Below are positions 37,386 to 46,221 of a DNA stretch of 64,000 nucleotides, piece after piece. The notes beneath the pieces were generated by a model that worked only from the letters and a program-made list of their open reading frames with translations, was not told the DNA's origin and searched no databases. Origin of the DNA: Salinivirgaceae bacterium (GTDB lineage: Bacteria > Bacteroidota > Bacteroidia > Bacteroidales > SZUA-534); assembly GCA_024405635.1 (NCBI GenBank), contig JAKSOL010000002.1, positions 153,458-217,457 of the forward strand. Reading direction: 5' to 3'. The position numbers were made by a program, and so were the translations under genes. The number at the start of each line of letters is the position of its first letter. Positions within the stretch are counted from its first letter, which is position 1.

Positions 37386-40300
37386 ATGAGTGAAGAGATC
37401 TTAAAGGCCTTAATGCAGCTCTTTGCGATTATTGCAAAGCAGGATGGTGGCGTAAAGGAAAGCGAGATAGACTTTGTAGAAAATTTCTTGACTTCTCAAT
37501 TGAGTTCAGACTTGGTTGAGGAGTTTTTGGCTTTATTCTACAAACACGCCCAAATTAGTGGCCGTGAGGATTTGCAAAAGGCAAAAGAAAACGAAGACGT
37601 TAAGTTAACTTCGGTAACCGACTCGGTTCGTATTCTTGGTATATGCAAAAAGATTAACAAGACACTGACCCAACAACAAAAGGTTGTTACGTTGGTGCGT
37701 TTGTTTGAGTTGGTTGCAGCTGACCGCCAATTTACAGAGCAGCGTATGGCCATTATCAATACAGTGGCCGAAGTATTTAATGTTTCGTCAGAGGAATTTT
37801 CAAATACTGAAACGTTTGTTGTTAAAGAATCGGTTGATGGTCTTGATGTCGCAAGCATGTTGATTATCAACGATAAACCTCTTGAATTAACAGCTGCTAA
37901 GCATATCCAAATTGAAGATCTTGACCAAGAATTGGTAATACTCCAAATAAAGAGTGTTGACCTTTACTTCTTGAAGTATATGGGTAGCCATGAGCTTTTG
38001 CTTAATGGTCTGCCAATCAAAGGAAATAAAATTTACTTGTTTGCTAATGGTAGTGCAATTCGCTTCCCTAAAGGTAAACCAGTATATTATAGCGACGTTG
38101 TTTCAAAATACTTGGCCGATGTAACTTCTGCCAAAATCACTTACAACGTTAATGATCTTGAGTATAAATTCCCAAATGGCGCAATAGGTTTGCGTAACAT
38201 CAACTTGTCGGAGGAGCAAGGCAAGTTAGTTGGAATTATGGGCGCTAGTGGTGCAGGAAAAACAACATTGTTAAATGTACTTACTGGCAACGAACGCCCA
38301 TCGCAAGGAAATGTTCTTATAAACGGCATTGACCTTCATAATGAGAAGGAAAAAATGGAAGGTGTTATTGGATATATTCCACAAGACGACCTTTTGATAG
38401 AGGAACTGACAGTGTATCAGAACCTTTATTTCAATGCTAAATTGTGCTTCAAAAATATGAGCGATGAGGAAATTCAGGAGCGAGTTGATAAAACATTGCT
38501 AAACTTGGGTTTGCTTGATCGTAAGGATTTGAAAGTAGGTTCGCCTCTACATAAAACCATTAGTGGTGGTCAGCGCAAGCGTTTGAATATCGCGCTTGAA
38601 TTGATAAGGGAACCCCCTGTATTGTTTGTTGATGAGCCTACATCTGGTTTGTCGTCGCGCGACTCGGAAAACGTAATGGACTTGTTACGTGAGTTGTCGT
38701 TGAAGGGAAAATTGATATTTGTTGTTATTCACCAACCATCGTCAGAAATCTACAAGATGTTTGACAAAATGGTGATACTTGATACTGGCGGTTATCTTAT
38801 TTATTATGGAAACCCAGTTGATGCAGTTACCTATTTCAAAAAGATTGATGGACAATTGAATTCAGACCAAGGTGAGTGCCCAACTTGTGGTAATGTTAAC
38901 CCGGAATTGATATTTAACATTATTGATGCTCAGGTGGTTGACGAGTTTGGTAGATATACTAACAAACGTAAAGTAACACCAGTTGAGTGGGAGGATAAAT
39001 TTGCAGAGGTTAACAAAAATGTGAAATTGCCCGACCAAAAGGAAACTCCACCTAAATCTTTGGATATTCCAAAATGGATAGATCAGGTAAAGATTTATTT
39101 CCGTCGCGATTTCTTGGCAAAGATTAGTAATAGGCAATATATTTTGATGAACATATTGGAGGCTCCAATTTTGGGACTTATCCTTTCATTTTTGATTCGC
39201 TATATTGCTGATCCTAATTCTAATGTGTATATCTTCCGCGAAAACGCAAATATTCCAATTTACGTTTTCATGAGTATGATTGTGGCAATGTTTTTAGGAT
39301 TGATGGTGAGTGGTGAGGAAATTTTTAAAGACCAAAAGATTTTGAACCGCGAAAAGTTTTTGAACTTGAGCCGATCGTCTTATTTGGTTGCAAAAATCGC
39401 CATACTATTCATTATTTCGGCCATTCAGTCAATTTTGTTTGTGCTTGTAGCCAACTCAATATTGGGAGTTAGAGGAATGTGGTTCGAATATTGGTGGGCA
39501 TTGTTCACCATTGCAACCTTCTCAAATATGACAGGCTTAATTCTGTCGTCAACATTTAACTCTGCCGTTACCATTTACATTATGATTCCATTGGTAATGA
39601 TTCCACAAATGGCGTTGGGTGGTGCAATGTTCAGTTTTAATAAATTGAACCGAGCAATTGGTAGTGTTAATGGAGTTCCTCCAATTTGTGAGTTTATTGC
39701 AACTCGTTGGGTTTACGAAGGAATGATTGTACGTCAATATAAGGATAATAAGTTTGAGCGTTATTTCTATGAATATGAAAGACAGGTTAGCGTTGGAGAC
39801 TTTAAAACTACGTTCTATCTTCCAGAATTGAGTGAACGAGTTGATCGTTGTGCTTTTGCTTGTGGTTCGGTTATGACCGATGCAGATGCAAATACCTATA
39901 AATGGGAATTGGCTACATTGAAAAATGAGCTTGGAAAAGAAAAGACTCGTGTTCCTGATAGTTTGTTAAACTATTCGTTTGAATATCTTGAAGATCTTAC
40001 TATTGAGAAGTTTACTCCAGAAGTTGGAGCATATACTCGTGAGTATATTGAGTTGCTAAAACAGTATTATAAAAAAATGGCCGACGACGCTACTCTTCGT
40101 ATAGAAACTATAAAGAATTATTGGGAAAGTAAAAGTCCTGGCCAGTTCCAAAGACTACGTCAAGCGTATCTGAATGAAGCTATACAAGATATTGTACTTA
40201 ATAAAATTGAAGCAAATAAAGTTTTGTCGTACAAAGATAGGCTAATACAACAAGTTGATCCAATATATGAAACACCATGGGTAAATAATATCTTTGATTA

Positions 40301-40493
40301 CAGAGCACAGTTCTTCTCTCCAACCAAATATTTCTTAGGCCACGAATTTGATACCTTTTGGTTTAATATGTGGGTGGTATGGTTAATGACAATCGCATTT
40401 TATTTTGTGTTGTATTACGATGGTTTGAAGAAACTTATGAATGTTTCAATAGGAGATTTTGTCAAGAAATTGACGAAAAAATTTCAAAAATGA
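37386..40493 (+). CDS. ABCG-type (NBD-TMD) half transporter with TerB-like N-terminal domain and a large extracytoplasmic loop
   Basis: GASGAGKT, ISGGQRKR, LFVDEPTSGL, VIHQP; ABC-2 membrane domain; N-terminal LMQLFAIIAKQDGGV..SE. Confidence 0.9.
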   Translation: MSEEILKALMQLFAIIAKQDGGVKESEIDFVENFLTSQLSSDLVEEFLALFYKHAQISGREDLQKAKENEDVKLTSVTDSVRILGICKKINKTLTQQQKVVTLVRLFELVAADRQFTEQRMAIINTVAEVFNVSSEEFSNTETFVVKESVDGLDVASMLIINDKPLELTAAKHIQIEDLDQELVILQIKSVDLYFLKYMGSHELLLNGLPIKGNKIYLFANGSAIRFPKGKPVYYSDVVSKYLADVTSAKITYNVNDLEYKFPNGAIGLRNINLSEEQGKLVGIMGASGAGKTTLLNVLTGNERPSQGNVLINGIDLHNEKEKMEGVIGYIPQDDLLIEELTVYQNLYFNAKLCFKNMSDEEIQERVDKTLLNLGLLDRKDLKVGSPLHKTISGGQRKRLNIALELIREPPVLFVDEPTSGLSSRDSENVMDLLRELSLKGKLIFVVIHQPSSEIYKMFDKMVILDTGGYLIYYGNPVDAVTYFKKIDGQLNSDQGECPTCGNVNPELIFNIIDAQVVDEFGRYTNKRKVTPVEWEDKFAEVNKNVKLPDQKETPPKSLDIPKWIDQVKIYFRRDFLAKISNRQYILMNILEAPILGLILSFLIRYIADPNSNVYIFRENANIPIYVFMSMIVAMFLGLMVSGEEIFKDQKILNREKFLNLSRSSYLVAKIAILFIISAIQSILFVLVANSILGVRGMWFEYWWALFTIATFSNMTGLILSSTFNSAVTIYIMIPLVMIPQMALGGAMFSFNKLNRAIGSVNGVPPICEFIATRWVYEGMIVRQYKDNKFERYFYEYERQVSVGDFKTTFYLPELSERVDRCAFACGSVMTDADANTYKWELATLKNELGKEKTRVPDSLLNYSFEYLEDLTIEKFTPEVGAYTREYIELLKQYYKKMADDATLRIETIKNYWESKSPGQFQRLRQAYLNEAIQDIVLNKIEANKVLSYKDRLIQQVDPIYETPWVNNIFDYRAQFFSPTKYFLGHEFDTFWFNMWVVWLMTIAFYFVLYYDGLKKLMNVSIGDFVKKLTKKFQK

Positions 40494-40543
40494 TAAAACA
40501 AAAAAATAATAGATAATTTTACAACCCTAAACGTAAGATTGAT

Positions 40544-41467
40544 ATGAACAGAAAGTTCCAATTTCTTTTTGGCACTCTATTAGCAGGCTCATTGTTATTG
40601 GTGGGTTGCCAAGGTGATGGTAATAAATCGAGTAAGTCAGACGATTTTTCTATACCGGATTCAATTTTTGACAACAAGCCTTTGATGATTTCAAAGGATG
40701 CAATGAATGATATTATTGAAAATCTTTCATCGCCAATTGAAATGGCTGCGTTATTAAAATCAGCAGGTGTGCCATTTCAACAAAAATATTTGGCTCCAAC
40801 TAACCGAGTTGACGGATTGACAACCAACTTTGAGCAAGCTTTAAATCTTGGTGTTTATGGTTGCGATCTTGGATACTTGAACATGTATGAAAAAACAGGT
40901 TCAATTATCAATAGCATGACAGCAATTAAAAATCTTGCAAATGCGTTGCGTATTGGCCAGTTCTTTGATTTTAATACAATTAAACGTTTGGCAACCAACA
41001 ATGAAAATATTGACTCGTTGATGTATATTTCGGTTTCGGCGTTCAATAATATGGACGAATATCTTCGCGAGAACAATCGTAGCAATATCAGTGCATTGCT
41101 TATGACAGGTATGTGGCTTGAAGGTATGTACCTTGCAGGTCAAGTTGCTAAAGAGTCGCCAAATGCTAGCGATATAATTGAACGTATTGGAGACCAAAAA
41201 CTAGTGCTTAACGACCTTATTTTGGTGCTTAAGAATTATAAATCAGACCCAAGTTTTGCCAAACTAATTAAAGAGATTGAGTTAATTAAAAAGGAGTATG
41301 AGAACGTGAGGATTACTTATGAAATGGGTGAACCTGAGGCAAAAGAGATTGACGGAATGCTTGTTATTATTCAAACAGACAAACAGAATGTTGAAATTTC
41401 AAATGAAACCTTGGGCAAAATTATTTCAGCAATTGAAAATGCTCGTTCGATGATTATCAATTTGTAG
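40544..41467 (+). CDS. Hypothetical helical lipoprotein; paralog of 17806-18645
   Basis: Lipobox LVGC; SPIE, ALNLGVYGCDLGY, GMWLEGMYL, DQKLVL. Confidence 0.85.
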   Translation: MNRKFQFLFGTLLAGSLLLVGCQGDGNKSSKSDDFSIPDSIFDNKPLMISKDAMNDIIENLSSPIEMAALLKSAGVPFQQKYLAPTNRVDGLTTNFEQALNLGVYGCDLGYLNMYEKTGSIINSMTAIKNLANALRIGQFFDFNTIKRLATNNENIDSLMYISVSAFNNMDEYLRENNRSNISALLMTGMWLEGMYLAGQVAKESPNASDIIERIGDQKLVLNDLILVLKNYKSDPSFAKLIKEIELIKKEYENVRITYEMGEPEAKEIDGMLVIIQTDKQNVEISNETLGKIISAIENARSMIINL

Positions 41468-41479
41468 AAATACTGACAT

Positions 41480-41914
41480 ATGAAAAGATTATCAATCTAC
41501 ATATTACTTTCTTTATTTTTGGTTGTATTTGCGACAAGCAAAACTAGTGCTCAAGACAACGAATTGGTTAATGTTTGTGCTTTGGGTATTGGTAACGCAA
41601 CATATCTAAAGGACTTTAAGGTTAAATTGCCAGCAAGTGCTGCAGCGGCACCGTCTACCAAATTCAATGTAATTTTGAATAAAGGTACTATGTACAAAAT
41701 TACTGTATGTAATGCCGAAGGATATGAAGGTAAGGCTGTTGTGAGTCTTTTGGAAGGCCCCAAAGCTCTTGGTTCTAATCTAAATGCTGATGGTTCGTTT
41801 CAACCTGCAATTGGTTTTATGTGCCAAAAAACAGGTATGTATAACATTGTAGTGTCGTTTAAAGGTGGAAAAGAAGGTGCGGCTGTTGCAATTTTGTCGT
41901 ACGTTAACAAATAA
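41480..41914 (+). CDS. Small secreted beta-rich hypothetical protein
   Basis: Signal peptide ending AQD; three Cys in the mature part; last gene before the terminator. Confidence 0.8.
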   Translation: MKRLSIYILLSLFLVVFATSKTSAQDNELVNVCALGIGNATYLKDFKVKLPASAAAAPSTKFNVILNKGTMYKITVCNAEGYEGKAVVSLLEGPKALGSNLNADGSFQPAIGFMCQKTGMYNIVVSFKGGKEGAAVAILSYVNK

Positions 41915-41938
41915 GCTATCAAACACTATTTAATATAT

Positions 41939-41972
41939 GAAAGAGAACTATTATAGTTCTCTTTCGTTTTTT
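41939..41972 (+). terminator. Terminator closing the cheR-sia-ABC operon
   Basis: gaaagagaacta-tta-tagttctctttc followed by gttttttt. Confidence 0.85.
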
Positions 41973-42042
41973 ATAGGCGTATGCTATTTTTTAAATAGTT
42001 AGTGCTAAATGTTAAATCACCTTAGATAAATAGTTTTATAAT

Positions 42043-42624
42043 ATGTTTATTCCCGACGAAAAAACTTTAACACTATTTCGTGATTATTGCACTTTGAATG
42101 AGGAGTTTGATGGGAAATCGATTTCTAATGCAATGATGTATGCGTATCAATGCCATGCTAATACATTGCAGAGCTATGATGATAAACCTTACACATATCA
42201 CCTTAAAATGACCTATGATTATGGTTGTAAATTTGCTCATTTGCTAACTGCTACAGAATGTGAGTTAGCATTGTCGGCTTGTTGGTGTCATGATGTGATT
42301 GAAGATACTCGTCAATCGTATAATGACGTAACAAAGGCTTGTGGAGTGGAATTGTCTGAGGTTGTTTATGCTCTAACAAACGAAAAAGGGCGCACACGTG
42401 AAGAAAGAGCAAACGATCAATATTATTTGGGTATTAGACAAAATGAGGTGGCTACTTTTGTGAAGTTATGCGATAGATTAGCCAATGTAACTTATTCATG
42501 TGAAAATAATCAGCGAATAAAGTTGGCATATAGGAATGAATACGCACATTTTAAGCAATCAATATGGAATCTGCGTTTTGCAGAAATGTTTAGCGCTATT
42601 GAGCAAATTTTAGGTTTGAATTAA
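42043..42624 (+). CDS. Single-domain HD hydrolase, small alarmone hydrolase/Mesh1-like
   Basis: PY.YHL, HDVIEDT, V.ALT, VKLCDRLAN motifs of the RelA/SpoT hydrolase domain. Confidence 0.8.
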   Translation: MFIPDEKTLTLFRDYCTLNEEFDGKSISNAMMYAYQCHANTLQSYDDKPYTYHLKMTYDYGCKFAHLLTATECELALSACWCHDVIEDTRQSYNDVTKACGVELSEVVYALTNEKGRTREERANDQYYLGIRQNEVATFVKLCDRLANVTYSCENNQRIKLAYRNEYAHFKQSIWNLRFAEMFSAIEQILGLN

Positions 42625-42647
42625 CGTGTTGAAACGTAAAATTTAAT

Positions 42648-42926
42648 CTAATCGATGCTTGTGGTGAGGTTGAGTGCTCCAAGTTGTTGGTGCAAAGGTT
42701 TTAATTCGTCGAAGGAACCGGTTTTAATTGCACACTTGTCGTTAAAATGAGCAATGGTTGCGCATTGTTCGGCTTGAATGGGGTCGTGATGGCAAACTTT
42801 TATAAGGCAGTCAATAACGTACTCAAACGAGTTGATATCATCGTTGTAAAGTATTAAATGAGAGTTGTCGATAGTTTCAGTGTCGAAGCTAAAGTTAACT
42901 TTTGGTGCTTTTTTGGTTAAGGCCAT
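42648..42926 (-). CDS. clpS: ClpS adaptor protein
   Basis: LILYNDDINSFEYVI..L..VC.H...QAEQC..IAH. Confidence 0.9.
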   Translation of the reverse strand: MALTKKAPKVNFSFDTETIDNSHLILYNDDINSFEYVIDCLIKVCHHDPIQAEQCATIAHFNDKCAIKTGSFDELKPLHQQLGALNLTTSID

Positions 42927-43105
42927 CTCAATAAAAATTTTTCAATTGCAAAATTAGAAAAAAAACATTGTTGGTTTTTGCTGTTATAATAAAGTTAGGT
43001 TTATCAAAAAGATATTGATAAAACGCTTAAAGAAATACAGCCAAGTGAGTGTTGATATTAACCGTTATGAACGCATATTTTTTAAGGATATTAAGTTCAA
43101 ATTGA

Positions 43106-43113
43106 TACTTTTG
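43106..43113 (+). promoter_or_regulatory. -7 box (TACTTTTG) for DUF1573-aminotransferase-TerC
   Basis: Consensus match; a divergent TAATTTTG box for clpS lies at 42949-42956 on the minus strand. Confidence 0.5.
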
Positions 43114-43179
43114 CAAATTGCTGAAAAATGTGTGCATGTGCACATTTCGATTGGAAAATCAAGGTAAACGAAAGAAGAT

Positions 43180-43584
43180 ATGAAACGTTTGTTGGTTGTT
43201 TTTTTCTGTTTGATGGCATTAGTACTTAATGCCCAAGACAAAGAACAATGGATTAAATTAAATGGAGCGCCATTGCAAGTAAATGAAAAAGTTCATGATT
43301 TTGGAACATTGACTGAGGGAGACAAAACGGTATTTGAGTTCCAAATTTTGAATGATAGTGCTGCACACTTTGTAATTACAAGTGTATCAACATCATGTGG
43401 TTGTACTACATCTAGTTACTCGCAACGCCCAGTAAAACAAGGTAAAACGGCAACAATAAAAGTTGGATACGACTCGTCGCGCATAGGAGTGTTTACCAAA
43501 ATGGTGTATGTGTATAGCAACTTCTGCAACGAGCCAATTGTGTTTGAGATAAAAGGAAAAATAAATAAGAAAGGCGAAGAGTAA
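43180..43584 (+). CDS. DUF1573 domain protein
   Basis: HDFG, V.TSCGCT, P..PG-like, GVFTK.V.VYSN. Confidence 0.9.
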   Translation: MKRLLVVFFCLMALVLNAQDKEQWIKLNGAPLQVNEKVHDFGTLTEGDKTVFEFQILNDSAAHFVITSVSTSCGCTTSSYSQRPVKQGKTATIKVGYDSSRIGVFTKMVYVYSNFCNEPIVFEIKGKINKKGEE

Positions 43585-43612
43585 TTTAGCCTAATAATTA
43601 AGAATTAGAAAA

Positions 43613-44812
43613 ATGCCAAAGATTTCGGAACGCGGAATTGAAATGCCATCGTCGCCAATTAGAAAACTGGTGCCATTGGCAAACGCTGCAAAACAACGCG
43701 GAACAAAGGTTTATCACCTTAATATCGGTCAGCCAGACTTGTTGACCCCACCAAATGCCATTGAGGCAATGAAGAATGTGGATCGTAAGATTTTGGAGTA
43801 TAGCCCAAGTGAGGGTATTTTAAGTCTGCGCCAAAAATTGGTTACCTATTATGCCAAATTCAACATTGATGTTGATGTTGATGATATAATTATAACCACA
43901 GGTGGTTCGGAGGCTGTGTTGTTCTCGTTTATGGCATGCCTTGATCCGGGCGATGAAATTATTGTTCCAGAGCCAGCTTATGCAAACTATATGGCATTTG
44001 CCATTTCTGCTGGAGCAGTAATAAAAACTATACCTTCAACTATTGATGAAGGATTTGCATTGCCTTCGGTTGAAAAATTCGAGGAGTTGATTACCCCTCG
44101 CACTAAAGGTATTTTGATTTGCAATCCTAACAATCCAACTGGTTATTTGTACACTCGTAAGGAGATGAATCAAATTCGCGATATGGTGAAAAAGTACGAT
44201 TTGTTCTTGTTCTCCGACGAGGTTTATCGCGAGTTTTGCTATACAGGAGCTCCATACATTTCGGCTTGCCACTTGGAAGATATTGAAGATCATGTTATTC
44301 TAATTGATTCTGTTTCAAAGCGATATAGCGAGTGCGGAATACGCGTTGGTGCTCTTATAACCAAAAACAAACAGGTGCGAGCAAATGTGATGAAATTCTG
44401 TCAAGCTCGCTTGAGCCCTCCTTTGATTGGTCAAATAATAGCAGAAGCTTCAATAGACACTCCAGAGGAATACTTGCTCGATATGTACGACGAATATGTT
44501 GAGCGTCGCAAGTATTTGATTGACGGCTTAAATAGAATACCCGGTTGTTACACACCGATTCCAATGGGTGCTTTCTACACAGTAGCAAAGTTGCCGGTTG
44601 ATGATTCGGATAAATTCTGCGAGTGGCTTTTGCGCGATTTTAGTTACGAGGGCCAAACTGTGATGCTTGCTCCAGCAAGTGGTTTTTATACAACTCCAGG
44701 TTTGGGTAAGAACGAGGTGCGTATTGCTTATGTGCTTAATAAAGAAGATTTGCACAAGGCAATAAGTGTGTTGGCTATTGCATTGGAACAGTATCCTGGA
44801 CGATCAATATAA
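43613..44812 (+). CDS. PLP-dependent class I/II aminotransferase (aspartate aminotransferase-like)
   Basis: LNIGQPD, CNPNNPTG, SDEVY, SVSKRYSECGIRVG. Confidence 0.93.
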   Translation: MPKISERGIEMPSSPIRKLVPLANAAKQRGTKVYHLNIGQPDLLTPPNAIEAMKNVDRKILEYSPSEGILSLRQKLVTYYAKFNIDVDVDDIIITTGGSEAVLFSFMACLDPGDEIIVPEPAYANYMAFAISAGAVIKTIPSTIDEGFALPSVEKFEELITPRTKGILICNPNNPTGYLYTRKEMNQIRDMVKKYDLFLFSDEVYREFCYTGAPYISACHLEDIEDHVILIDSVSKRYSECGIRVGALITKNKQVRANVMKFCQARLSPPLIGQIIAEASIDTPEEYLLDMYDEYVERRKYLIDGLNRIPGCYTPIPMGAFYTVAKLPVDDSDKFCEWLLRDFSYEGQTVMLAPASGFYTTPGLGKNEVRIAYVLNKEDLHKAISVLAIALEQYPGRSI

Positions 44813-44821
44813 TATTTGGTT

Positions 44822-45871
44822 ATGTTATCGCATGAGGTGATTTCGTTTGTGGCATTTTTGCTATTGGTAGCATTTATGCTTTTTATCGACCTTGGAGTTT
44901 TTCATAAAGACGATCATGTGGTGTCAGCAAAAGAGGCAGGCATTTGGAGTTGTGTTTGGATAGGAACTGCGCTTTTGTTTTCATTGGTATTGTATTTCTG
45001 GGGCGATTTGATTCACAATATCACTTCAATATCTGATTTACAAGCTATAAATCAGAAATATAGCCATGGTTTAAAAATAGATGAATCGGTTGGCTTGGCG
45101 GCCAATATTGCTAATTATAGGCATGCATTGTCGCTTGAGTATCTTTCGGGGTTGTTAATCGAAAAGTCACTATCGGTTGACAATATCTTTGTTATGATAT
45201 TGGTTTTCACTAGTTTCAATATCAATCGCATATATTATCATCGAGTTTTGTTTTGGGGCATAATAACGGCTGTTGTGTTGCGCTTTGTGTTCATTTTTAC
45301 ATGCTCGGCCATTATAGTTCGTTTTGAATGGGTTCTAGCATTGTTTGGCGTGGTGCTTATTATTTCGGGTGTTAAAATGTTCTTCAATAAAGACGATGAG
45401 CAAATGGATACCGATAATCACCCGATGGTGAAGTTTGCTTCAAAGCACTTTAGTTTATTGCCTGGCGAGCATGGCCATAACTTTTTCGTTCGTCAAGATG
45501 GTAAGTTGTACATAACAGCATTGTTTTTGGTGTTGTTGGTTATAGAGTTTACCGACATTGTTTTTGCTGTTGATTCAATTCCAGCCATATTTGCTGTTAC
45601 AAAAGATCCGTTTATTGTATTCTTTTCAAACATCTTTGCCATTTTGGGGCTAAGGTCGTTGTTCTTTTTGCTCGATAGCGTAATGAACAAATTTTGGTTT
45701 TTGCACTATGGATTGTCGGTATTGCTAACATTTATAGGTATTGAAATGCTTATTGATATTGTTCTTGGCATAAGTGTATCAACTTTCGTTTCGCTTATGG
45801 TGATAATAGGCATTTTGGTGTTGAGTGTGTCAATATCGTTGGCTTTTCCACAAAAAGAAAAGGGTAATTAG
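44822..45871 (+). CDS. TerC/Alx family membrane protein
   Basis: IEKSLSVDNIFV, RVLFWGI, IEFTDIVFAVDSIPAIFAVT, SNIFAILGLRSL. Confidence 0.93.
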   Translation: MLSHEVISFVAFLLLVAFMLFIDLGVFHKDDHVVSAKEAGIWSCVWIGTALLFSLVLYFWGDLIHNITSISDLQAINQKYSHGLKIDESVGLAANIANYRHALSLEYLSGLLIEKSLSVDNIFVMILVFTSFNINRIYYHRVLFWGIITAVVLRFVFIFTCSAIIVRFEWVLALFGVVLIISGVKMFFNKDDEQMDTDNHPMVKFASKHFSLLPGEHGHNFFVRQDGKLYITALFLVLLVIEFTDIVFAVDSIPAIFAVTKDPFIVFFSNIFAILGLRSLFFLLDSVMNKFWFLHYGLSVLLTFIGIEMLIDIVLGISVSTFVSLMVIIGILVLSVSISLAFPQKEKGN

Positions 45872-46159
45872 TTGGGGCTCACCTTTGAACCAAAAGAAAT
45901 CCAAGTCTGCCTTGTACCGGTGAACGGTGCAAGCCTGCTAAATACTCAAACTCTTGAGAAAGAGCTGAATAAGATTTTCAAACCTGCCGTGGCAAGTGTG
46001 AAGGTTAGCACTCACAGCGGCATAACCATTGACTACGCCAATGGCAGTGGCTTTGCGCACCAAATCCCCATTACACCCTTTCAAAACACCTATGCAACTG
46101 CCGCCACCTACGACAACTATATCCGCGACACTGCGTGTATGGAAGTTGAGTGCAACTGA
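45872..46159 (+). pseudogene. Probable remnant of a large secreted-protein gene at the island's left junction
   Basis: Begins directly after the TerC stop with no room for a translation start; protein-like segment VCLVPVNG..LEKELNKIF.PAV; composition changes here. Confidence 0.45.
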
Positions 46160-46221
46160 AACTTTATGCGGGTTTGCAAATCGCCAAACAAATAAATATT
46201 TTTGCACAAACGGTTTCAGAA

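Noticed and set aside
37386-45871. Tellurite-resistance (ter) cluster linking the TerB-like domain and TerC
   Set aside because: Separated by a terminator and unrelated genes; no terD/terZ; the TerC is of the stand-alone Alx type
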